Origin: Polymyxa betae A26-41 | Lineage: Eukaryota; Protista; Endomyxa: Phytomyxea | Reading direction: 5' to 3' | DNA: 64,000 bases | NCBI GenBank assembly: GCA_003693705.1 | Contig: RBZT01000721.1 | Span: 65,313-129,312, forward strand | Part shown: piece after piece, positions 37,443 through 49,001 of the stretch | Layout: the number at the start of each line of letters is the position of its first letter | Numbering within the stretch: the stretch's first letter is position 1 | The notes under the pieces: model-generated | Databases searched by the model: none | The model's input: the letters and a program-made list of their open reading frames with translations, nothing else | Told to the model about the DNA's origin: nothing | Program-made: the position numbers and the translations under genes

Positions 37443-37627
37443 ATTAATCTATACGTGTTGCTTGCAATGTGTGAAATGTGAGACTGTCAGACAGTGAGGA
37501 AGGATTTGGCGCGCAATTCAATTGACGCTGCCACCCTTCCTAACTGATTATCATCATCGCGACTTCAGCTTTAGTCCCAAAACGGACATCAAGGAAGAGA
37601 AGGGACGCGTGGTGATCTCACAAAGTC

Positions 37628-38752
37628 ATGCCGCGAATCGTCGCGTTCTCGCCAGCCACTGCTTTGACCAGGTCGTCGCAGTTCGACAATCGCCAGGCTG
37701 AATTGCAGAGCCCGGAGCTGAAATCCTTACAGCTGAAATGGCTCTCATCACCTCGTACGAAAACGAATGCCTCCAATATCAAAGGCGCGCCTATTGAGCT
37801 AGATTTCGACCAATCTGATGACACCATCGGCGTCTTCCGTCTGATTGATTCGCAAGCGCCACCTGTATTTGATAGGCCGGATCAGCGCTGGACCGACGAT
37901 ATCCACGAGCTGCCTTTAGAATCTATTGCTGTTTATCTGTCCATGGCCGAACTTAGCTCCGTCATGCGAACATGTCGACGATGGCGCAGCGCCTTCTCCC
38001 ACGACTCGGTCTGGAGAATGGTGTACGCCAGGACGTCCCATCCTCAGGTGATCTCTCGTCGATCTCACGCCCGAAGCTGGCGCTCTCTGTGTCTGAGCGG
38101 ACCTCGGCTCTCCATTCCCGAGCTCCTCTCCCTACAACCAGAACATTGCTATTTCGATATGACGCCGCCATTGCCCTACCAATTCTCACCGGCTTCAGCG
38201 AACGAAATTTTAGGTCATCCCCGTTCGCCGATCATCGCATGCTTGGAAATTCTTCCAGGGTTTTATTGGACGGTTCTTCAGACCGTTGTTGGATTTGTTC
38301 ATACCGGGGTTGTGACAATGAACGGGTCGGTGGTTGTCGAGCGAGGTCTTGGTGTGGCCAGTCGGTATCTTGCGGCGTTATCGCCATCGGGATGGCGTTC
38401 CGTTAATCTGCGTTCGTTGACATTGTTGTTGGTCTCACTGCAAGCGATTCCGGCGGCGATCGCTGTCAGCGACGCCATCAGACATGAAGGATCGTTTCTG
38501 ATGAAGGATCCATTTCGCCTGGTGTTACGATTCCGTCCCGATGCTCCATCCACTCATTATTTCTTCACACGTCCTGGACCCGCTCGTGCAAGGAACCTGG
38601 CCATGCTGCCCGATATTCTGGCTGAGGCTTTAGATCTGGACGAGAATGCATCGCCGGGAGATTCGGACTCATTTGCAACATTGGAGTTCTGCAAACGAAC
38701 AAACGAGTTAATATGGACCGGAAGATATTCCCTTAACAAAGCGACCAGCTAA
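37628..38752 (+). CDS. F-box protein, intronless
   Basis: IHELPLESIAVYLSMAELSSVMRTCRRWRSAFSHDSVWR within a 374-aa ORF. Confidence 0.75.
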   Translation: MPRIVAFSPATALTRSSQFDNRQAELQSPELKSLQLKWLSSPRTKTNASNIKGAPIELDFDQSDDTIGVFRLIDSQAPPVFDRPDQRWTDDIHELPLESIAVYLSMAELSSVMRTCRRWRSAFSHDSVWRMVYARTSHPQVISRRSHARSWRSLCLSGPRLSIPELLSLQPEHCYFDMTPPLPYQFSPASANEILGHPRSPIIACLEILPGFYWTVLQTVVGFVHTGVVTMNGSVVVERGLGVASRYLAALSPSGWRSVNLRSLTLLLVSLQAIPAAIAVSDAIRHEGSFLMKDPFRLVLRFRPDAPSTHYFFTRPGPARARNLAMLPDILAEALDLDENASPGDSDSFATLEFCKRTNELIWTGRYSLNKATS

Positions 38753-38958
38753 TGATTGCTTCTATTTTTAATCATATCCTGTGGCAGCCTCAAAACTGCC
38801 ATTTAAATTGCTATAAAGAATGCCTGAAAGATGTGCGACTATTTTGCTTCTGTTTATTCTCTGAATCAGAACAATGGCAACAAAAGTGGGATCTAATCGG
38901 CTAATCTCTTGTCACGAACTTCGGTGATTCTAGATCGGAAAGTTTCAAAAAGCCGTGG

Positions 38959-39350
38959 ATGGATTCGGGTCGTGAAGGCGGCGACGACCTGGTCGAATAT
39001 GTGCTATTAGAGATTCCATCGAAGCCGGATTATCTCTTCAATGAAGACATGATAACAATCTCAGTATGTTCTATTCAGGCTGGTGGGTTTCTAAAGGTTC
39101 TAAGCCGCCCTAGGATCTGCAGACATCCAGGCCCAAGATGACGGTCGGCAGGAAGCATCTAACCGGCGATTATCAGGACGTGATGGGAACAGCATTGATA
39201 TTCGAGAAGCATGAAGAGCGTGCCGAATCGGATTCGGCTCCTACCGTATTCGGGAGCTTACCTGAGCGTACTGCACCCAGAAAACAATCACAAGGCCAGG
39301 TGACCGTCAGACACTTTACAACAACTACTAAAACCATCGTCTTTAAGTAA
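38959..39350 (+). CDS. TFIIIC subunit 6 (GTF3C6/Sfc7)-like
   Basis: EYVLLEI, DLQTSRPKMTVG....GDYQDVMGTALIFE, C-terminal TTKTIVF; one intron. Confidence 0.7.
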
Positions 39351-39466
39351 TTGATTGGCCTAAAGAAGTTCCAATCATTTTTTTGGTTCTGAAAAGAAAC
39401 TAAACTTTCTGCAAAATCCAATCACGATTTTCTGCAATTTTTGCGCTATCGCCTTCTCTATTTCAG

Positions 39467-40176
39467 ATGGAGATTTCGGAAGATTTTCGTCTCCGGCTGC
39501 GATCGACAGACGAGGCTTATCAGTCGTGCAGGAACACCTGGAGGTCTCTAGCAACGAATGCAGTTCGAATCGGCAGCGATTTTGTCAATGCCATGCTCCG
39601 GATGGAGTCGGTGTATCGCAGCTCGAAAGACGACCTGACCAAGGAGAAGAATGAGGCCGACCTGGAGAAATCGTCCATCGAGATTGAGACCGAGTATCGG
39701 ACCTGTCTATCAGATTTCGTAAAATTCGTTTTGAAATTGTTTCTATAATCACTGATTTTGTTGTACAGAGACGTTGCTATACACAGTTCCGATCGGCTAT
39801 CGATTCGTTTGAGAGATTTCGTCATGAATTGTATAATCACGATCCGACCTGCTTGGATCGTCTTCGGGCAGGTTCATCTACAGTTGACGACATCTGTGAG
39901 CGTTTACGTGCTTTCATTTCATCAAAATCGCTCATTTCGTATTTAGTATCGGATCTGAGAAGCGTCCTGGCGATGTTCGCTCGCGAGCTGGTCGTGAAAT
40001 CTGCATTCGCCAAGGTGATGTCGAGATCTCGCGGTGGCCGTTCAGATCGGCTCACTCGAGACCAATGGACCGCTCAGCTGAACTCGCTTCTACTCGAGCC
40101 ATTCCTGCTGCAAGCCCGCTGTGATCGCCTATCTATTTTGTTAGATGTCATTAAAGAACCCAATCATTGCCGATGA
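39467..40176 (+). CDS. Helical hypothetical protein, CINP-like C-terminus
   Basis: Two exons; MFARELVVKSAFAK...LNSLLLEPFL resembles the CINP-family C-terminal motif. Confidence 0.45.
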
Positions 40177-40345
40177 ACTGGTTCGCCACGCTTCTTGTTG
40201 TATTTTTAAATGTTTTTTTGTTTTTCTGGAAGGTGATGCAACTTTTATTGCACTTTTTGGTCTTTTTTCAAGGATGGTACTATAACAGGAAGGCTTACGA
40301 GGAGTCCGGCGTCGGATTCCGTCCCAATTATAACTCGTCGTGGTT

Positions 40346-40601
40346 ATGGCGACGCTGCCTGGGGACATCGACACGTTCGGCAAGCGAGCTTTACGTCTTG
40401 GGACGTTCGTTGGGTGTGTAGCGACCGCCGCCTATCTGGTCCTGTTTCACGATTATGGCCTACCCGAGCCTCATTGCTTCACCGGGGTCGTCCTGTCATT
40501 GTTGGCAGGTTCTACAAGCTAACTGAATCTCTTAGATACGCAATCTGTACAAGGCCAAGAAAGCACAGCTATTATCGACTCCAGATCAGACCAAACAATG
40601 A
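40346..40601 (+). CDS. Small single-pass membrane protein
   Basis: MATLP...RLGTFVGCVATAAYLVLFHDYGLPEPHCFTG/IRNLYKAKKAQLL...; one GT-AG intron. Confidence 0.55.
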
Positions 40602-40640
40602 AGCGATTTGTGATATTTCATTAGTTTAATCAGAAAGATT

Positions 40641-41029
40641 TCAAGCTGTCGATGTCTCGTATTTCAGTTTTCGGGCGAGATTCTGGACAAACAGGTTTCT
40701 TCGTAGCGATTCGCGACGATTCGTTTTCTTGAGCTTAGCGCTGTCGAAGCTGACGCCCAGGACGAGCTCATCATCGCTCCCATCCTGCATGGCAATGTCG
40801 AGCTTCAGCTTGGAGATGATTCTGGATAGATCGTCGTCGACCTCGTCTAGTACAACGTCATCTCGAAGGTCCATCTATTGGTGACTGATTGTTCCCGAAC
40901 GGCCGGTGGATTGATCCACCACATGCTTCCGTGGACGTCGCCATCGTCAAAGGACGCCCCCCATAGCGTGATTGTCGGACTTTCGCAATCTTCTCCCGCT
41001 GCATTCTCGCTCTCTGCCCTCTCTGCCAT
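40641..41029 (-). CDS. Small acidic hypothetical protein
   Basis: Two ORF pieces (MAERAESE...; MDLRDDVV...RRESLRRNLFVQNLARKL) probably joined by a short intron; divergent from eIF2A. Confidence 0.45.
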
Positions 41030-41179
41030 CGCCTCTATCACAGCGACGACTCGTAGTAAACCCTTGCGACAGTCGAAACTGTGATTGCCCTGTCAGCCCC
41101 AGCAACAGTCTACTAGGCGGGACCTTCGTGCCAGTTGAACGAACAGCTTGTACAGTTGAGGCGGGACCTTCTACAGTCA

Positions 41180-43212
41180 ATGGAACCCGTGCTGCTGTCA
41201 GTTCTGTCATCAGATGGTTTTGCTACAGGCAATGCACCATTCTCGTCTCTATCGCCGCTTGATCTCGGGGCGGTCAATCTTTCTGAGCCAGCTTTCGCAT
41301 GGTCGCCGGATCGTCAGCTTCTAGCTGCAGTCGGCAATGGCGATGAGCAAGTGTTCGTAATCCCGGCATCATCCATTCATGATGGCAAACCCGTCCCGAA
41401 GTTACTCATTTCTGAGAAATCAGTCTCGTCCATCTGTTTTTCACAAAAATCGTCATGGATTTGCACCTGGCGTAAACCTGTTTCTGACTCCGACCTGAAT
41501 ATGGCGGTATGGTCGCTGGAGACCGGCGCGTGTATTGTTCGTTCTCGTCGTGCTCGATTAAACAGCGCTGCTGGTGACCCTGTGCAATGGTCCAGTGACG
41601 AGAAGACTGTCTGGATTCAATCAGGCTCTGAATTACTCGGCTACGAGATCGAATCGAATTCGACTCACGACCCTTGTCGTCATCCTTACAAGCATCGTCT
41701 CCATGTTCCCGGTATGGTGCGATTTTGGCTGGCGCCGCTAATCGAGCCATCTTATCGCGTTCTGGTGCTGATTGCTGAGAAAAAAGGCGAGCCTGCGAAA
41801 TGCATCGTTTACAATTCCAATGCTTTCGATAAACCGGTGTGCTCCAAGAGCTTCTATCAATCCGACGATGTCGAAGCTATGTGGTCTCCGGCGGGCCACG
41901 CCGTTCTTGTTAAGGCTTCAGCTGCTCATGATGCCTCTGGTAAATCATACTATGGGAGCGCATCGTTGTATCTGTTGCCTGCCGATGGGTACAATGCGCC
42001 CATGACTATCGTCGCAGCTGGGACCGATGGTGCTTGCGCTGATGCTCAGTGGAACCCCATTCGAAGCAAGCGCGAATTCGGTGTCGTCTGTGGGCGTCGT
42101 GCTTGGATTTGCAATTCCGTCAATGGAAAATGTACGATCGACTTTGGTAAGAATTCTTGGAACACATTCCGATACAGCCCATCCGGAAGGTCTGTTTATC
42201 TGTTCATGCCCGTATTCTTGCTCTCATGTTTCATTGAGTAGATACGTGGCGCTGGGTGGTTTTGGAAATCTTCCTGGAAAGCTCTGGTTCTTTGATCGCA
42301 CGGAGAAGCGATTCTTGGGCACCGGTGTTGATCATGTAAATTGCTGTTTTATTGGGACATATTATATCCCTAATGTAATGATATACAGAGTAGCAAGTTC
42401 ATTGGTTGGTCGCCGGATTCCCAGTATGTTCTCACCGCAAGACTATTTCCTAGTCGAAGAGTAACTCGTTGTGATGATTGTCTTGAACGCTTATTGAGAT
42501 TCGAACTTTAGGTCGAGAATGGGTTCACAATCTTCAAATATACAGGGGACGTCGTGTCAAAACATGAGTTCAATAGGCTTGTGGATGCTCAGATTCTAGC
42601 CTTGAAGCCGCCATCCGAGTATCCTAACGTTGCGACTCCAGCCGAAGTAATTGAGCGCTCTCAGCCCATTGAGGCTGCTGCTACAACCGTCCCTGGAGCC
42701 GCATCAGCTGGCGCCTATATTCCACCTAAAGCGAGAGCAGCAGCGGCTGCTGCTGCTGCAGCGGCTGGTGCTCCCGTTCAAAACAATGTCAGCTCAATGC
42801 TCCAACAGCTTCGTGATAGCCACGGCCCACAGAAGGTAATCTGTTAGAAACTCACAAAACAAGACACTCAGAAACAAGTCAGGTTGGATTGCAACCCACG
42901 GCACCTGCTCCGCAACCGAAAAGCGACGATCCCAAACGTGCGGCTAAAAACCAGGCAAAAAGAGAAAGGAGGAGTAAGGCCAAAGCCGCGGAAGCAGAAT
43001 TGTCTGCAAAAGCAGGGGTCGAAGATAAGGCATCAGCGGCTGCTGACAAGGAAAGGGCTCTCAAAGCTTTGAACAAAAAGCTTCGTCAAATTCAGCAGTT
43101 GAAAGAGCAAAAACAAGACGGCAAACTGGTGCTAAATTCTGAGCAAGAAGAGAAGCTTGCTAGAGAGCAAGAAATCATCAAGCAAATTGAGGCCTTATCT
43201 GTTCAGTGTTAG
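41180..43212 (+). CDS. EIF2A: Eukaryotic translation initiation factor 2A (WD40)
   Basis: KSFYQSD...WSPAG.AVL, DASGKSYYG...LYL, YSPSGR..ALGGFGNLPG, WSPD, VENGF, AYIPP, LNKKLRQIQQLKE. Confidence 0.9.
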
Positions 43213-43908
43213 GCGTCATAAATTGTCGATTGTACATTCATCAATACGTTCTACTTTGTTGTTCCGTACTGCTAGAAAATTCGGAATATCGCAAATCTTG
43301 TGAGAATATGTTCCGACCCGGTTGAATTTGCAATGATTAAGTTTTAAATGCTCCATGCGATTTTGCTGAAGTCGTTTAACAAAACATTGCGTCAGCACTC
43401 GATCACGGCAAGAATTTAGCAGCTCAGATTGTGTCTAATAGTGTGAAGGTGGAAGGATCAGAACGGAGATCGTTTAATCAATGGTTCATGTTTCAGAGGG
43501 GGCCGTCATCTAACTCATCGATGGGTGAACTGATTGCTTTTCAAAGTGCAGAACAGACGACGCCTTATGTATCCTGCAAAGACTTCCCACCAGCCTATAG
43601 ATTCACAATACAATACCGTACGATACAAATGCAATAATAGAAAATCGTCTGGTCAAACACAGATGTACATTGAAAAACTGGATTTTGGCTTGAGACGGTA
43701 CGAAGCAAGAAGCTTAGCATGCTTATCATGGCAGCAGACAGCATGATTGCTCCTCTTTAACCATTTGATTGTCGACTGTTGAGCCAAAAGACTGATTGAC
43801 AGTTTGACTGGTGCGCGGCCTGTCCATTCTCCTTGACTGTTTTGGCCTTGGACCTTGGTTGGCCTTTGGGTCATTTTCCATACAGGATTCACAAATCGCT
43901 ATGTCCAG

Positions 43909-45593
43909 ATGATTGCCGACATTCTTGATCAGGTCGTTCAGTTCCTGGACGCCGATGAGGTCGGCCGACTGCTCTCAGTTTGCAAAGGCTGGCTGAAAAC
44001 GCTGCATGTTCGCGCCGTTTGGAGAAGGCAATGCTTGGATCCTGGCTCCAGCACACGATTGGCACTTCCGCCCAGCATTCCTATTGCAGAGCTCGATGCG
44101 AACCAGATGAGGTCGCTTCTAGTCTGTATCAGATCGCTCTCATCGCCTGTGCTGAACTTCGTCATCATCAAAGAAGGCATTTTCGAGTCGTCGCGCGATG
44201 ATGATTCTCAAGGCATAGAGAAAACGTTGGATTTTCGAAAGGACAGTTTCTGGTCTTCAACCGGATCTGAATCCCAAGATGAAGGCGCCTTGTTAGTTTA
44301 TCAGCTAATCCATGGCCTTTGCGTGATCAAAAAGGTTTCGATTACCCCGTTTCGAGCCTTCTATCAACAGGTCTCCACTCTCTTTCAAAACGTTTACATT
44401 GGCCTCTAAATCTGTTTTTGAAGAGAATGCAATGTTATGGCCCCTTAAGAGCCCGTATCACGGTTCTGCTCTTCCCCGACGATGAATCGAGCATCACATA
44501 CCGCGGTCCATGGTGCAATCTTGAAAATGTCGAAAGTGGGTTTTCAAAACATTTTTTATGCGTCGCTCATTTGCAAAAGAACCATTCTGGTTTGATATCG
44601 AAAGGGAAATGATTGTTGGTGGAGCATTTCGTGTTGAACTTGAAGGGCGATGGTCAAAGCAGCCCAGCGATCAGCTGTACTATGTCTGTCTACGTGATGT
44701 GATGTGCTGTGGCGTTCCTGTAGCAGCCGTACCGAGCCAGACATTTCTCAGTGCCTTGTACGGCAGGGTGAAGGAATCCGAACGTGGCCGTCTCATGTCG
44801 TACCAGCAATTTCATGCCTTGCTTTTTGACGAAGTCGAACTGATGCAGAATGCGGTCAAAAACGAACTAACCAAGCAGCGGGCGATGCTGAAATGCCGAG
44901 CGCTGATTAACTGTCGTCGAATCGACGATTTGATTGAAACCGTCTTCCCCTCATACTATTACGATCTGCATTTCCGCGACGAAGTCGCCCGCGATGTTTG
45001 CGAACTGGATGACGGTTGCATCTCCGCGTACATTGACGCTTTGAGCGATATGCAAGTCGTCCTGACCGAAGAAGAATCGATCTGCCACGGAAAGATGACG
45101 GTTCGCTCGAAAGATCTCAAATCGTTTGTCGAGTTGGTTTCTGCTCTTCGCATCTCTTTCTCAGAACGGCTCGGTGATGTCTTCTTCGACGCCGGCGATT
45201 ATGCGTCTGCTATGACATGCTATTCGGCTGCTATGGTCTCAGATAAGGTTCGTTTTTGGTTCATTCGGTATTAATGTGTTGTCTGAGCTCAGTCAGGTGT
45301 TAATAACCTGTGCCCATCTCTGCAGCAAACCTCGAACGGTAACTTACCTGACCATCCTTATCCGGACCTACGACAACGGCCCTGAAGCTGTTGAGAGCAT
45401 CTTCGCCATTTTGAAAAGACGTCACCATCCGCATATCGGCTGCCTGTTTCTGCAGAAAATGGTCCAGCAGCATTATATCGATATGCGGATGGCTGCTAGG
45501 CTTTTGGAAATGCCATCAGCGAGTGCCGATTTGGTGCAGGACTATATGAAAAAACAGGAAGCCTTGTACAATCCGATGCTTAATGATGCTTAA
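43909..45593 (+). CDS. F-box protein with At4g00755-type beta-sandwich and a C-terminal clathrin-linker-like helical region
   Basis: F-box DILDQVVQFLDADEVGRLLSVCKGW..VWRRQC; SSRDD.SQGIEKTL...SFWSSTGS....LVYQL...LCVIKKVSITPFRAFYQ; LYYVCL; start uncertain. Confidence 0.75.
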
Positions 45594-46676
45594 TTCATCA
45601 TGTCGTTGCGATTGCTGTGATTACCCTTTATTTAGACTATAGAAGGCATCGTTCCTTAAGCCAGTACTATTCATCTACCTATCTAGTAATTTATTGTCCG
45701 GTTCGAATAAACAGTCATTTTTATCTGCATGCGAACCGAGCTGAAGTGGGCATTTTTCAAATTTCCGAATCTAATCTGGCACGTGTCGTTCACGAAGAGA
45801 GGTAAAAACAACAACTGCTGATCGAACCAGTAGGTACCAAGCCGGTTTGTGTCAGCCGCCTAAAGGCCACAATCGGCCGTCTGCCCACCTCCGAATCCCA
45901 TCACACTGTCTATTGGTTCGCCATCGCTCAGAACACTTCGGCCGATATCCCTTCGATAGCCAGAAACCTCTCGAAGAGGAACGAGCGACGGCGCCGACTG
46001 CATTACGTAACGTTAACACCAATCCATTCAAAATTGAGCGCAGCCTGTATTGGGCTGTGCTCGCGCACTACAAACAGCAATCAGCAATTTGCAGTCATTT
46101 TGACCTGATCGCTGCCGGCGTCGTCCAACCCGAAGCTGCTCGACCTGCTCCTCTGTCCGCCAACCTGAGAGCATCGCGCTGCTGAACACGCTCGTCGTCG
46201 AGTGTGGCCATCGGTGCCGATGGCAACCTCGAAAGCCAGCTCGAAATTTAAGCCGGTCCGGGCGCGATGCCAGCGGCTGAAAATTGGGGATTGGTCCTAT
46301 ACGGCACCGAATGGGAGCGCGAAAACTGATTTCGAGGCCAAGTTTCTGTTTAGTCGGTGAGCTGGATGGTCTTTGTTTCGAACGCCAGCTTGACTGTCTA
46401 TTACAGCAAGCGATTGGTTTGGGAGTGGAAAGTGGACAGCCAATCAAAGCGGAAAGTCGAAGTGAACTTTGCCAGCATCGAACAAATTTGTTAGTATGCA
46501 GCAAGATAGGAACGTCTAATATTCATATCGGGACAGATTCGGAAGGCAACAGTGCCGGCAATCAATGCAAATTGTTCATCGTTGTGAAAAGTGCCCCGAC
46601 TCTTTACCATGGAACAATCTTGAACAATCAGCCAACAAAATGGTCGACTACCGAGGATTTCACAAACGGATGTTAT

Positions 46677-47779
46677 ATGAAATCGTCTCTTCATGAGCTG
46701 GATCTAGCGACCGAGTTGAGTGCTCTGAACGCCATTTTACAAACTCTTGGCGAGTTCGCTCCAAAGTATAATATGTCACTGTTTTTTCTATGTGATGCAA
46801 TTCTAACGCATCCCGTCTTGCCTTTAGTTTCCGCGAAATGCTGTCACGACGAATGTTCCCTCCTGAGCAGAAGTACCGGACCGTTGCGTCGCTTGTGACC
46901 TCTGAACCGCCCGCCAAACGCTTCCGTGCTGATTCTGCGGTCAAACGTGTTGCATCAGGTGTCGAGCAAGCTGTCGCAGTTAAGCAAGAGGTGGCGCCTG
47001 TTCAGCCAACGTTATTGCAAATCGGCTGTTCGTGTGTCGGCGCATGCGATGCGTTTCTATGCCCCTGCTCAGCTGCGTTGAGACAATGCAGCCCTCACAC
47101 ATGTAAATGCACGCAGGATTGCTGCCAGAATCCGCTGTCTTTGCTTGCAGCGAACGGCGTTCCATTGGACCGTTTAAGGAATCATCTTTGCCTTAACGAC
47201 AACATCGTGTATCATCCCGAGCGTAAACCTCAACGTCAGCTGTACACTCGGATACAATTGCCCTGCTGCAAATCCGAGACCGCTTTGATTCATGCTCTGG
47301 CTACCGATATACGATGCATGTGTGGCTCCTCCTGGAACTTCTCCTTCTGTCGACGTGCCCTCATCAATGAAAACAATCCGTCTTGCTTTCACTGTCCAAA
47401 GTGCAAGGTTTGCCAGAATATCGACGCGAAGCACTGCAACACTTGCGGTGTCTGTTCGAGCAATGCCAAGCCCTGCGCGTGTTTCAAAATGCAATCGACG
47501 GCTTCGCTCAAGATGACAGGAACTGTTATAGATGAGAAATTTTCACCCATGGCATTGTTTGATGATGATGGAGAGCAATCGTTGGTGGTATCTCCAGCAT
47601 TAGCAACTGACAGCCCAGCTTCGGTCTCTTCATTGTCTTCAATGACGCCTGTTGCTGCTAAAATGTCTGGAACCTCTTTTTCTGATCTGTCGCCTTTTTC
47701 GCAAGCCATGCTGGGGTTAGGCCGCAGTTCCGGTTTCTTTCAAGAGCTGCAAGGTCTTCTGAGCAATCTGTATTCATGA
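46677..47779 (+). CDS. Cysteine-rich protein (CXC/tesmin-like + CTCHY-like zinc knuckles)
   Basis: CSCVGACDAFLCPC.....QC...CKC..DCCQNP; FHCPKCKVC....KHCNTCGVC; first exon inferred. Confidence 0.65.
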
Positions 47780-48089
47780 TGTTCGCTGTCCTCCTGGAAG
47801 TTGCATGTACAATCATCACCTGTATACTGAATATGGTTTGCATTCTGGGGAAGTTTTGTTTGCAGAGAAAGACGTGTCTTCATCTTTGTCGCAATAGCAT
47901 AATTAACGTATATAATATTAAAACATACAAATTCTTTAAAATCTATGACTTAATTTCGTCTCAGAATCAAAGTTAACTTGGGCTGCTTGCTGGCTTAGCT
48001 GATGTGATTTAATTCCTGAAATTGCGGATAAATTTCAGCATTACGCAATCCTTGTATCTTCGATAACCGAGTCGGTCTTCCTCGACGTC

Positions 48090-48893
48090 ATGTTCAAAAA
48101 GTAATCGTTCAACATCTTCCTGGTCGTCTTCTTCGCTGATAATCCGCATCTGCCAGGTTCACGCGGTCTGAGGATGTCGGGTCCTATTCTAAAATCAAAT
48201 CGTCGGAGCAGAGGAAGATCAGGAAGTGTATCTCTGAGCATTACCCCGATGAGAACGAAAGTTTTGATATCGTGTTTAAGAAGAAGAGCCCCATGAATTT
48301 AGCAAAGTGGTATGAGACACCAGTCTTTTATCATTTTCTGAATTTGGCTCATTGTAAATATGTTAGCCATAATCATGTTCAATTGATTGCTTGCGAGAAC
48401 AATCAAGTCTGGTTTTTCTCTTTTCGAAAATCGGAATACATTCCTACCCTTCGCACACTGCATAAATGTAGGCTAGACTATGCATCAATCATTCAGGGAG
48501 TGACAAATTCTACCAGTTCCGAAAATGCTGCCCATCGTTCAAGTGGATCGTGGTGCCATCAAATTCATATTAGGCGGAGCGAATATCATGTGTCCCGGTT
48601 TGACCTCAGCTGGAGGCAAAATGGAGACTCCATTGGAAGAAGGCTCCGTCTGCGTATGTAATCTGTATGCTTGGTTCACAGGTCTCAGAGATTGTCAGGC
48701 TGTTTATGCAGAAGGGAAAGAGCACGCATTAGCTATTGGACAGATGAGAATGTCCACCAATGCCATGTAAGATTTCGCTTCCAGCATTGATTTGATATTC
48801 AACGGTTGCCATAGTCGTTCAGAGAACAAAGGTATTGGAATCGAGGTTTTGCACCATCTGAACGATGGGCTTTGGGCCATGCCAACTCTTTAA
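48090..48893 (+). CDS. MCTS1: MCTS1/Tma20 PUA-domain translation re-initiation factor
   Basis: [74 protein letters not shown]. Confidence 0.93.
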
Positions 48894-49001
48894 TATATAA
48901 TTTGATAAAGATGTTTCTGCCTCTGGATATCCGGATGAAATCTTCGACGCGTGCCTATTGTTAAAATGCATTTCTGACCGATTCATTACGCGACCCATCC
49001 G

